Of a stretch of DNA of 64,000 nucleotides, positions 29,701 to 37,876 are shown piece after piece. Numbering within the stretch: the stretch's first letter is position 1; every line of letters begins with the position of its first letter. The position numbers were made by a program, and so were the translations under genes. Source of the DNA: Patescibacteria group bacterium. Its GTDB lineage: Bacteria > Patescibacteriota > Microgenomatia > Levybacterales > UBA12049. Where the stretch lies: contig DATICB010000011.1 of assembly GCA_035457005.1 (NCBI GenBank), forward strand, positions 4,098 through 68,097, written 5' to 3'. The notes below the pieces were generated by a model, which worked only from the letters and a program-made list of their open reading frames with translations, ran no database searches and had not been told where the DNA came from.

Positions 29701-32672
29701 CAAGTGGCAATACCTTTAAAGCAGATACCTATACACTTGGAGAAAGTGGCCCATCAGGATATACAGCGTCACTGTATAGCTGTTCCAAAAATAATGAAGC
29801 ACCAGTAAGCGGAAACTCTATTACTTTAGCAAACGGCGATAGCGCAACGTGTACTGTAACCAATACGCGCGATCAGGGATCCATTGAATTGAAAAAAGCG
29901 TGGTCTGGAACAGCAGGACAAACAACACTGCAAATAGGAACGTCTGCTGGTGGCACACAGGTTACTCATGTTCAAACAGGATCAAATGGGACAACACCAC
30001 TCACAACAGGGGCGCAAACAGTTGATACTGGCACGTATTATGTAAGTGAGACAGGTGGACTTACCGATTATGCTGGGGTTTTAACTTGTACAGATAACAA
30101 TAGTTCGGTAACACCAGGACAGGATAGTTCGGTAACTGTTGGCAAAGGCGATGTTGTTATATGTACCTACACAAATACACGAAATACAGGCACAATTCAG
30201 GTTAAAAAACTTGTTGACCCGATCGATAACTCTTCATGGGATTTCTCAGTATCCGGACCAACAAATAACAATGCAGGTCCTCTGGCGAGTGGCTTATCGT
30301 CCAATCAATTTATATCCGATACAGGATCATACACGGTAAGTGAATCTGCGCATACAGGGACAAATGGTAGCAATTACACCAGCACCTATTCCTGTAGCGA
30401 TGGGACAACAACTGTTGCTAGTGGATCTGGAACAACAACGTCCTCGTTTAGTCTGACAACAGGAGAAAATGTCTTATGTACATTTACCAACAGTATTAAA
30501 AAAGGCACGATTATTGTTAAAAAAACCATGGTTGGCGGAACAGGATCGTTTGATTTCACTGGAGATGTTGCCGGAACAATAAGTACAGATGGTGGAATAC
30601 TAACAACAAGTAATGTTCTTCCTGGAACATACACATCGGTTGAAGGAGCAGCAACCGGCTGGGATTTAACAAATATAAGCTGTGATGATCCTCGAAGCGC
30701 GACAACAAGCACAGAGGATGTTTCTGCTGCAACTGCAACGTTTAAAGTAGACCCAGGCGAAACAGTTACTTGTACTTTCACAAATACGAAAAAAGGTCAT
30801 CTGATTGTTCAAAAAACAACCAATCCATCCCAAGACCCAACTTCCTTTAGTATCCTAGCAACCGGATCAGGAACAATAACAAATGGAGGTAATGGAACAA
30901 TAACTGACGCAACAGACCAAAATTATGAAGTAACACCTGGCACATACACAGTAACTGAAACAGTCCCAGCAGGTTGGCAGCAAGATGCAAATGCATGTAC
31001 CAATGTAGCTGTTGGAGCAGGAGAAACAGTCTACTGCGGCATAACCAATACCAAATTAGGCAATGTAACCGTTATCAAATTCTTAGATGACAATGCAGAT
31101 GGATTTAAAGCAACAGCAGAAGCAACATTGAATGACTGGGAAATTCACTTAGGTCAAATGTCCCAATTTACTGGTCATGGAGGAAATCCAGTAGATGGTC
31201 AGGTAACTTTTAGCGACATCTATCCGGGACAATATGATTTGAGCGAACAACTCCAGAGTGGTTATGATCAATCTAATATTTACTGTGCTAATGAAACAGG
31301 TATTGATAATAATAATTCTCATGCAGTTACTCTTGGCGCAGGGCAGAATATCACTTGTTACATTGGTAACTATCAGAAAGCGCACATTACGGTTGTCAAA
31401 CAGGTTGTCGATCCAAATGGTGACCCAATCACTGACCCATCAACCAACTTTAATTTCAGCGTTACAGGACAAAACCCATTTACCCTTACTGATGACGAAC
31501 AGAAATCCTTTGATGTAAAACCAGGAAGTTATGATGTTACCGAAACACAAAATAATAACTATGATCTTGGCGGATGTAGTGCAGTCTATGACAATCGATC
31601 TGTTGGCGCACCAATTAGTCAACAAAACACACAAGGAGAAAATGTCACGTTAGGTAGCAGTGATACCGTTACAGTAACCTGCGTAAACAAACAAAAGCAA
31701 GGACATGTTACTGGATATAAATGGAGTGATGGAAATGGCAATGCAAATTTTGACTGTGACCAAGAAACAGAATCTTGCGAACCAAAGCTTTCTGGTTGGA
31801 CAATATTTGCAGACACCAACGATAACCAAACGCTTGATCAAGGAGAGGTCTCTACAACAACAGATAATAACGGTAATTACACACTTGATCTCAATCCTGG
31901 GACATATCAAATTTGTGAAGTTGTCCAATCTGGATGGAAGCAGACATATCCCGTCAACCAAACACAATCAATCTGTTGGCCAGTTACCATAATATCTAAT
32001 GGAACGTTAGAGGGTAATAGAAACTTTGGTAACCAATTACAAATACCAGTACTTTCTATTACCAAAACAAATGACAAATTGGGAGCAGACCAGCACATCG
32101 GTGATAGTGTCCTCTACACCATCACACTTTCTGCAACACAGGCTGCAGCAGCAAATGTTGTCCTGACTGATTTACTGCCAAAAGGATTTGATTACAGAAA
32201 TGGCTCAGCAACAATAGATACAGGATCCGGAGCTGTACCATTTAGCAACTTTAGCGATGATTACCACTCACCAGGTATCTGGAATATCGGCAATATTGCA
32301 AAAGATCAGACAGTAACCCTCACACTTATTGCAGACATCAACGGCACTGTTAGTCCAGGAGATTACAAAGATGTTGCTTGGGCAAAGGGTACACCGGTAA
32401 GCGACAGTTCTCATACAGTCTATGCAACAGCGCTAAATCCAGGATTCATAGATACCAATTTTGCTGGAACAGATGTCAATGTTGTTGCAGATACACAGTC
32501 ATCAACAACACTTTCACCACAACAGGCAGTGTTAGGCGCATCTACATCCATCTTGCCCGAAACAGGTGCCAATATTCTTTGGGCAGAAACAGGAGTTTTA
32601 CTAGTGCTTATTGGCCTTGGTTTCACGGGGTATGGTATACTCTCTCGAAAGAAATATGGAAAAAATAAGTAA
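26775..32672 (+). CDS. Giant sortase-anchored adhesin (SpaA/prealbumin-like repeats, SdrD-B-like and DUF11-like domains)
   Basis: 1965 aa; TP-rich N-terminus; over ten K..E..C..C..N repeats; LPETG + TM + RKKYGKNK. Confidence 0.9.
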   Translation: MGNEFIKNLLTVISSFSILIQSLSPIVAIVPTIAPATAYAQTVTPTDTVTPTPTDTVTPTDTIAPTPDTATPTPDNTTPTDTVTPTDTIAPTPSDTPTDAVTPTDNPTTSPSNTTNNPSQAPPATDTPTVTPSVTPDNTTTSVNGTLSTTILDNVAAPSLDLSTAPTSSATLTTNKADYAPTDTAVISGNSFAANTTYVLTISSTDNPTTSTTVNITTDANGSFTYAYQLDGNYRPNYSVVLKLSGTTVATTTFTDSPAVTTTQNNVACMADQPGQSGLNCTANDISVASVSSITINGHGCRFPGDTVSFTANWSIQSTANNRYNVGLWFNTTGGTSALHGTCSATSIPSSPAPFFDSGAGSVCGGLDKNPGAGTLSITQTATCNPDSSGFLKLPYCASWQQNSGACSVPTDTVPGSPSKCKCQDGFTIPITVPPSVEVVKSLSPANDSGLFNLQVNASSSATNVGNGGTTGKVGITTGAGNTFGETAGTATSLSNYTSTASCVLRGTATPVAITGTGPTWNITNVTNGQDIVCTITNTRSTGTIELKKVWSGTGGQTTLNIGTSAGGTQVASVQTGANGATPLTTGTKTVNAGTYFLSETGGLSNYTAALACTDNGNPATVTNSSVSVTAGHTVICTFTNTLQQAHLTLVKTLTKDNGGNAAITDWTLTATGNTNISGTSGNAAVTNAGVLPGTYALGESGGPSGYTAGTYSCVKNNGAPVSSNSITLANGDSATCTVNNNDNPPSLTLVKQVSNTHGGTAQTTDWTLTATGPTTLSGAGGATSGATFKAGTYTLSESTGSSGYTAGGWNCTNNVSVSNSQITLGLGQTTTCTIINSDVAPTLKLVKHVTNDNGGTKAPHDWTLVATGSGGFSDTGDSTTFHAVTAGVSYSLSESAISGYTAGNWSCDGGNQSTNTITLGVGQNVTCSVTNDDQAPSLTLVKHVSGGTALATAWTLTATGSSQSPTNLSGTTPVASGNTFKADTYTLGESGPSGYTASLYSCSKNNEAPVSGNSITLANGDSATCTVTNTRDQGSIELKKAWSGTAGQTTLQIGTSAGGTQVTHVQTGSNGTTPLTTGAQTVDTGTYYVSETGGLTDYAGVLTCTDNNSSVTPGQDSSVTVGKGDVVICTYTNTRNTGTIQVKKLVDPIDNSSWDFSVSGPTNNNAGPLASGLSSNQFISDTGSYTVSESAHTGTNGSNYTSTYSCSDGTTTVASGSGTTTSSFSLTTGENVLCTFTNSIKKGTIIVKKTMVGGTGSFDFTGDVAGTISTDGGILTTSNVLPGTYTSVEGAATGWDLTNISCDDPRSATTSTEDVSAATATFKVDPGETVTCTFTNTKKGHLIVQKTTNPSQDPTSFSILATGSGTITNGGNGTITDATDQNYEVTPGTYTVTETVPAGWQQDANACTNVAVGAGETVYCGITNTKLGNVTVIKFLDDNADGFKATAEATLNDWEIHLGQMSQFTGHGGNPVDGQVTFSDIYPGQYDLSEQLQSGYDQSNIYCANETGIDNNNSHAVTLGAGQNITCYIGNYQKAHITVVKQVVDPNGDPITDPSTNFNFSVTGQNPFTLTDDEQKSFDVKPGSYDVTETQNNNYDLGGCSAVYDNRSVGAPISQQNTQGENVTLGSSDTVTVTCVNKQKQGHVTGYKWSDGNGNANFDCDQETESCEPKLSGWTIFADTNDNQTLDQGEVSTTTDNNGNYTLDLNPGTYQICEVVQSGWKQTYPVNQTQSICWPVTIISNGTLEGNRNFGNQLQIPVLSITKTNDKLGADQHIGDSVLYTITLSATQAAAANVVLTDLLPKGFDYRNGSATIDTGSGAVPFSNFSDDYHSPGIWNIGNIAKDQTVTLTLIADINGTVSPGDYKDVAWAKGTPVSDSSHTVYATALNPGFIDTNFAGTDVNVVADTQSSTTLSPQQAVLGASTSILPETGANILWAETGVLLVLIGLGFTGYGILSRKKYGKNK
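26926..27053 (+). repeat. 50-bp exact direct repeat in adhesin TP stalk
   Basis: CAACCCCAACTGATACGG...GCACCAACACCA at 26926-26975 and 27004-27053. Confidence 0.8.
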
Positions 32673-33642
32673 ATTATTACTAACAGTAGTATCACTGATG
32701 CTTCTTTTTGCAGGGGTATCTTTTGCTGCATCAAGCTTGTCAGTACGGCTCGAGCAACCAAAATCACCAACGAATTTGAATGATTTTACTATTACTTTTG
32801 TTGCCCTGGACACACAAAATAATCCAGTAACAGTAACGTGTTACAAAAAAGGTCCCTCAGATGGAGGGTATGCACAATTTGACACAATAAAAAATCTTTC
32901 TAATGGCGGAGGATCAGACAATTGCCACGCGACATCATCCCTTGTTAATCAGGACGGAACATATGCATTTTACGTAACAGCAAGTAATGGATCAACAACC
33001 GTTACGAGTAGCATAGTCACTATTGATGTGAATACATCAGGTCCTGGTACACCAACGAATTACAGCAAAACCCAATCAGACAGTTGCCATTTTACCATTT
33101 CTTTCCGAACAGCAGATGACAGTGGCAAAACAAGCAAAGTCGAAATCTACCGATCTTCAACAACAACACTGACTGCAGATAATAATTCACGCATCACATC
33201 CATATCTGTTGGCTCCAACACCGACAGGACGTACTCTGACACTATTCCATCTTGCGGCACAACATATTTCTATGCACTCAGAGCTTTTGACAGCGCAGGG
33301 AATGCATCAGGACTTGTTGGAGATGGCGAGCTGACAGCAACCAGCACAACAACAACGAATACAACTTCCGGAACAACAGGTAATGCAGCAGGCGTTACTG
33401 GCACAGGTGGCGGTGCAATCCCTGTCACAACAAGTGACGTAACTCCAGGTGAAGGGAAGACAGCCAGTGGTACACCAGCACCAACAGAGCAACAAGTATT
33501 AGGAGCAACCAAGGCCCCTATACAATCCCCCTTATCATCGGTTGGGGACTTCTTCCATTCATATATCAACTGGCTACTCCTTATTGGTCTTGCTGTTGTT
33601 GTTGGCATTGCAATTTGGTATTTCCGACAGAAAAATAGCTAA
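32656..33642 (+). CDS. Surface protein with Ig/FN3-like domains and C-terminal TM
   Basis: Signal peptide, YFYALRAFDSAGNAS (FN3-like), VLGAT, TM + RQK. Confidence 0.8.
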   Translation: MEKISKLLLTVVSLMLLFAGVSFAASSLSVRLEQPKSPTNLNDFTITFVALDTQNNPVTVTCYKKGPSDGGYAQFDTIKNLSNGGGSDNCHATSSLVNQDGTYAFYVTASNGSTTVTSSIVTIDVNTSGPGTPTNYSKTQSDSCHFTISFRTADDSGKTSKVEIYRSSTTTLTADNNSRITSISVGSNTDRTYSDTIPSCGTTYFYALRAFDSAGNASGLVGDGELTATSTTTTNTTSGTTGNAAGVTGTGGGAIPVTTSDVTPGEGKTASGTPAPTEQQVLGATKAPIQSPLSSVGDFFHSYINWLLLIGLAVVVGIAIWYFRQKNS

Positions 33643-33650
33643 AGTACTTC

Positions 33651-34271
33651 ATGAGGCATTTCTCAACATATTTTCTTGTTATTGGGGCGTTGTGTATTTT
33701 TGCGGGCTTTTTGATTCTTGCATTTACGTACTATCAATTAATAGGAGACGAACTTTCATATTTTCTCTTTCATCCCAATTCACAAGCAAATGTTGTTTCC
33801 AAATTTAATCATCCGAGGCAACAAGACATTGTCCCTGCTGACGAACAATTCGGCATTGTTATTCCAAAAATTCGGGCGAATAACAAGGTGATTGCCAATG
33901 TTGACCCATTTGATGAAATGACTTACCAATGGGCACTCACTAAGGGCGTTGCTCACGCAAAAGGATCATCCCTTCCTTACGAAAAGGGAACTGTTTTTCT
34001 TTTTTCTCATTCTTCAGTAAATTTCTATGAAGCTGTCAAATATAACTCTATTTTTTATCTTTTGGATAAATTGAAAAAAGGAGACACAGTTTACCTTTTC
34101 TATAAAGGTACTAAATACACATATTTAGTGAGCGGGAAAACAATAGTCGCACCAACAAATGTGTCGTATTTATTTGAGAAAACAGGAAACAGGCTTATTC
34201 TTATGACATGCTGGCCTCCTGGAACTACTTTCAGGAGGCTGCTTGTTGAAGCAGTGTTGAAAAATAAGTAA
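33651..34271 (+). CDS. Sortase
   Basis: IVIPKI, GVAH, FSHS, LMTCWPPG..RR. Confidence 0.9.
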   Translation: MRHFSTYFLVIGALCIFAGFLILAFTYYQLIGDELSYFLFHPNSQANVVSKFNHPRQQDIVPADEQFGIVIPKIRANNKVIANVDPFDEMTYQWALTKGVAHAKGSSLPYEKGTVFLFSHSSVNFYEAVKYNSIFYLLDKLKKGDTVYLFYKGTKYTYLVSGKTIVAPTNVSYLFEKTGNRLILMTCWPPGTTFRRLLVEAVLKNK

Positions 34272-34275
34272 TTTT

Positions 34276-34326
34276 TGCGCGCCCGGAGGGATTCCCTTCG
34301 GTTCATTTCATTCACTCAGGGTAAAC
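34276..34326. repeat. Duplicate of tRNA-Arg(UCU) 3' end plus REP-like hairpin
   Basis: 34276-34294 matches 34658-34676 at 17/19; adjacent CCCTTCGG...CTCAGGG-TAAAC on + strand. Confidence 0.8.
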
Positions 34327-34643
34327 TTCTCATCTCTCATGAGAGCTTCAACAAACTCAGTGCAAGTATTAATTCCAAGTATACCATCTATTAACATTTG
34401 TTTCTTTGCGTGACTCCAGCCTTTTAATTGTTGTTCTCTCTTTGCTGCTTGGTACTTATTAACGTACTTTTCTGCATACTTAAATCTAAGATCAGAAAAT
34501 TTTTTTGTGAACAAAGATTTTTTATTTTTGTGTTTTTTAAACCGTGGAATAATATCATCTGTTATCCCAACATAAAACATTTTCTGATCGCAAAGAAGAA
34601 TGTAAGTAAACCAAGCAGAACGACTCATTGTAATTGCTTGCAC
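34308..34643 (-). CDS. Small stand-alone GIY-YIG nuclease (start may be 34628)
   Basis: FTYILLC..FYVGIT..R..KH..REQQLKGWSHAKK. Confidence 0.9.
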   Translation of the reverse strand: MQAITMSRSAWFTYILLCDQKMFYVGITDDIIPRFKKHKNKKSLFTKKFSDLRFKYAEKYVNKYQAAKREQQLKGWSHAKKQMLIDGILGINTCTEFVEALMRDEKFTLSE

Positions 34644-34660
34644 TGAGCTTGCCGAAGTGC
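34636..34660 (-). repeat. REP-like hairpin abutting tRNA-Arg 3' end
   Basis: GCACTTCGGCAAGCTCAGTGCAAGC. Confidence 0.7.
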
Positions 34661-34733
34661 GCTCCCGGAGGGACTCGAACCCCCGACCACATCGTTAGAA
34701 CCGATATGCTCTATCCAGCTGAGCTACGGGAGC
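34660..34733 (-). tRNA. tRNA-Arg(UCU)
   Basis: Acceptor GCTCCCG/CGGGAGC; anticodon arm TATCG-GTTCTAA-CGATG. Confidence 0.9.
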
Positions 34734-34737
34734 AATG

Positions 34738-34809
34738 AGCGGGTTATGGGATTCGAACCCACGACACTCTGCTTGGAAAGCAGATGCTCTACCACTGAGC
34801 TAAACCCGC
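34738..34809 (-). tRNA. tRNA-Gly(UCC)
   Basis: Anticodon arm TCTGC-TTTCCAA-GCAGA. Confidence 0.95.
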
Positions 34810-34838
34810 ACTTCGTCGTTTCACTCCTCAGTGTAAAC
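34809..34838 (+). repeat. REP-like hairpin abutting tRNA-Gly 5' end
   Basis: CACTTCGTCGTTTCACTCCTCAGTG-TAAAC; lies between a minus-strand TTGACA-17-TATACT promoter and the tRNA. Confidence 0.65.
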
Positions 34839-34894
34839 ACGTTTGACGCTAAGTATAAGTGCTTGCTACTTCCTTGTCAAAACAAGCGAATGTG

Positions 34895-34968
34895 TCGGGG
34901 ACAGAAGACTCGAACTTCCGACCTCACGGTCCCAAACCGCGCGCTCTAGCCAACTGAGCTAGTCCCCG
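34895..34968 (-). tRNA. tRNA-Pro(UGG)
   Basis: Anticodon arm CGCGG-TTTGGGA-CCGTG; acceptor CGGGGAC/GTCCCCG. Confidence 0.95.
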
Positions 34969-35243
34969 TTCTGCAAGGCAGAACTTATCTCTTTACCATA
35001 TTCTGCCAAAATTTTTCTTAATTTATATCCAACTCCTGATTTCAGGAATTTTTCTCTTTTGTCTGTACAAGTTTTACAATACAGTTGTTCAAAATACACA
35101 ATCTTCCAAGGTCTATACGCCTTTGTAAATTTTGATAGGCCACTATTGTGCTCCTTTAGTCTAACCTGAACACTTTTTATTGTTTGTCCAACGTACGTCT
35201 TATTTTTCTTTGTTAAACTTTGCAGGATGTATACTTTGTACAC
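34959..35243 (-). CDS. Small stand-alone GIY-YIG nuclease; stop codon inside tRNA-Pro
   Basis: YKVYILQS..TYVGQT..RLKEHNSG..YRPW..REKFLKSGVG. Confidence 0.9.
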   Translation of the reverse strand: MYKVYILQSLTKKNKTYVGQTIKSVQVRLKEHNSGLSKFTKAYRPWKIVYFEQLYCKTCTDKREKFLKSGVGYKLRKILAEYGKEISSALQNGD

Positions 35244-35292
35244 ATCTATAGTTTAGCAAATCTTCCTCCTGAGAAAATTCTCCTCTGGAGAA

Positions 35293-35435
35293 GTGCCGAA
35301 GGAGGGAATCGGTCACAACTCGCCTTTGGCGGTCGCGACCCCGCCTCCTTCATCTTGCCTTCGGCAGATTCAGTCCGGCTTTCGATTCCACTGCTCTCAG
35401 CACGAATATTTCTGTCCAACAGACAAAAATATTCC
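35293..35435 (-). repeat. Multi-hairpin insert followed by exact 19-bp duplicate of tRNA-Leu 3' end
   Basis: GTGCCGAAGGAGGGAATCG at 35293-35311 and 35438-35456; at least three hairpins between. Confidence 0.85.
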
Positions 35436-35521
35436 TGGTGCCGAAGGAGGGAATCGAACCCACACGACATTGCTGTCAAGGGCTCTTAAGGCCCCCGTGT
35501 ATACCATTTCACCACTTCGGC
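35436..35521 (-). tRNA. tRNA-Leu(UAA)
   Basis: Anticodon arm GGGGC-CTTAAGA-GCCCT, long variable arm, encoded CCA. Confidence 0.95.
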
Positions 35522-35675
35522 GTGTTGCTCGTCTCAATTGTAAACGTTCTTCAGGCGTTGATTCCTGATCATCCTCTATTTTACCTGAAATGAGCACATC
35601 CTTCAATAAGAAGCTCTAGTTGAACAGAACGCAACCATTTGCAAATTTTCTTATTTTGTGCTATAAGATATATGT

Positions 35676-35879
35676 ATGACACGAAGAAATCGAAAAAGTG
35701 AAAGATTGCCGATTATCTCGCAAGAGACAGCGCACACAGTGGCGAAATTTGCATTAAATGTTGTTGAAGCAAGAATTGCACAAGTCGTGTTGAGAAGACT
35801 AGCAACTGCACGGCCCTCTGGTAGACAACATGGCCTTCCAGACCAGATTATTGTTGGTCCCCAACCAGAACATTCCTAA
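35676..35879 (+). CDS. Small Arg-rich orphan
   Basis: TTGCAA-17-TATAAG just upstream; MTRRNRKSER... Confidence 0.55.
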   Translation: MTRRNRKSERLPIISQETAHTVAKFALNVVEARIAQVVLRRLATARPSGRQHGLPDQIIVGPQPEHS

Positions 35880-36845
35880 TTACCCATGTCTTGGTGGCGT
35901 AACGCCTAACTTTTTCAAAGAATAATCCAACAACTCCTTCATATCATCCCTCCTGCTTTCACTGTCTAGCACAACGCCTATTATGTGATGTCCACCATAG
36001 TCCAGATATGTTACCAAACACAGTCCTGCTTCCGGAGTGTAGCCTGTTTTTACCCCTTTTACACCGGGGTAGCTGCTAATTAAATTGGTTTCATTTTCCA
36101 TATAAAACGCTTTGTGCGTATTGGTTGCCGGAATCGTGTTGTCAAATGTCGCTGCAACCTGTCGAAAAAGAGGGAAGTGCAAAAGAGCGTAGCGAGTCAT
36201 AATCAGTAAATCTCTACTTGTTGTGTATTGGTCTCCATCGCCCTGAAGTCCTGTTGGGTTGGTAAAGTGCGTGTCAGATAGTCCCAGGGTTGCTGTTTTT
36301 TCATTCATTGCAGCAATGAATTTATCCCGCCCACCGGGAAAATTAGCTGCCAATGTCTCTGCTGCATCATTGCCGGAGTTAAGAATAAGCCCGTAGAGCA
36401 AATCAGAAAGCGTCAGCACCTCACCTGTTGTCAGACCCATACTATCCTCACCAACAAGTGCTTTTTGAGAAACCGTATAGGCATCGGGATTTTGTGGGTG
36501 CTCCAGACTTACAATCGCTGTCATAATTTTCGTCAGGGAGGCCATAGGGAGCCTCTGGGTGGCATCTTTAGCAAAAAGTGTTGTATTATCGGTTATGTCA
36601 TAGACAAGGGCAGATTTTGCCGATAGAGTAGGCATCTGCTGCATGTTAGTATCCGCAAGTGTCAAAGGAATGCTCCATAAATCAAGCGTTGCCACCTGAT
36701 TGTTGGTAGGAAGCGCCAAATTGGACGGCACAGGAAAGGAGAGTGCATGAATTTCCTGAGAAACAGGCTCCCACAACCAAACAGTCAGACATGCAAGCGC
36801 AGTAACTAAAAGTATGGTTATAAGGTAAATCAGCCAACCACGCAT
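35880..36845 (-). CDS. D-alanyl-D-alanine carboxypeptidase (peptidase S11)
   Basis: ASLTK (SxxK), SGN, KTG motifs; N-terminal TM. Confidence 0.92.
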   Translation of the reverse strand: MRGWLIYLITILLVTALACLTVWLWEPVSQEIHALSFPVPSNLALPTNNQVATLDLWSIPLTLADTNMQQMPTLSAKSALVYDITDNTTLFAKDATQRLPMASLTKIMTAIVSLEHPQNPDAYTVSQKALVGEDSMGLTTGEVLTLSDLLYGLILNSGNDAAETLAANFPGGRDKFIAAMNEKTATLGLSDTHFTNPTGLQGDGDQYTTSRDLLIMTRYALLHFPLFRQVAATFDNTIPATNTHKAFYMENETNLISSYPGVKGVKTGYTPEAGLCLVTYLDYGGHHIIGVVLDSESRRDDMKELLDYSLKKLGVTPPRHG

Positions 36846-36904
36846 CGATTTAGCGTAACAAATATCCCAAGTTTTGCGCAAGTCTCCTATGGTACAATAG
36901 ATGC

Positions 36905-37876
36905 GTGCTTATTGATACAGTTACTATTACTATAGAGGCAGGAAAAGGTGGCAACGGCCGCGTTTCTTTTCTTCGTAATGCCCAGACTGCACGAGGAGGG
37001 CCGGATGGCGGCAATGGGGGAAATGGGGGAAATATTTTTTTACAAGGAGTTAACGACTCTTCAGCACTCCAGCGATTTCAGTACCAAAAAGAAATTCGAG
37101 CAGAAGAGGGTATTGCAGGCGGCAAGCAAAAGCAGTTTGGCAGAAATGGGAAAGATACTACCATTTATTTACCTATTGGCACATTTGTCACCGACACAAC
37201 AACACACGAGCAATTTGAAATCACCAACGATACAGACAAAATTCTTATCGCGCATGGTGGCGTTGGTGGAAAAGGGAATGATGAATTTAAGTCCGCAACC
37301 AATCAGACACCACGATATGCCGAAAAGGGGACACCGGGTGAGAAAAAAGAATTATTTTTAGAGCTTAAATTAATTGCAGATATTGGCTTTATTGGTTTGC
37401 CGAATGCTGGAAAAAGCTCGCTTCTGTCTGTTCTTACTCATGCACATCCAAAAATTGCTAATTACCCCTTTACGACTCTTGAGCCAAACATTGGCATGTT
37501 GTATGTAGGCAAGACCAAACAAATTGCTTTGGCAGATATCCCAGGGCTTATCGAAGGGGCACATTCGGGTAAAGGGTTGGGTATACAATTTTTGCGCCAT
37601 GTTGAAAAAACAAGAATATTTTTACACTGCATAAGTGTAGAAAATGATAATGTTTTGGATGCCTATCAAACAGTACGAAAAGAATTAGAAGAATATAACG
37701 CAACGCTTCTTGAAAAAAAAGAAATTATTCTTCTCACCAAAACAGATTTAGTCGATGAAAAAACAGTTGCTGCAAAAGTAAAAGAATTAAAGAAAACAAA
37801 AAAAGATATTATTCCATTTTCTTTGTATAATGAAAAAGATATAGAATATATTAAAAAAATTCTTGCTGAGCAATGA
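36905..37876 (+). CDS. obgE: GTPase Obg
   Basis: Gly-rich Obg domain; GLPNAGKSSLL, YPFTTLEP, DIPGLIEGA. Confidence 0.96.
   Translation: MLIDTVTITIEAGKGGNGRVSFLRNAQTARGGPDGGNGGNGGNIFLQGVNDSSALQRFQYQKEIRAEEGIAGGKQKQFGRNGKDTTIYLPIGTFVTDTTTHEQFEITNDTDKILIAHGGVGGKGNDEFKSATNQTPRYAEKGTPGEKKELFLELKLIADIGFIGLPNAGKSSLLSVLTHAHPKIANYPFTTLEPNIGMLYVGKTKQIALADIPGLIEGAHSGKGLGIQFLRHVEKTRIFLHCISVENDNVLDAYQTVRKELEEYNATLLEKKEIILLTKTDLVDEKTVAAKVKELKKTKKDIIPFSLYNEKDIEYIKKILAEQ

Noticed and set aside
35220-35606. Several overlapping short ORFs
   Set aside because: Artefacts of GC-rich tRNA-Leu and the hairpin insert.
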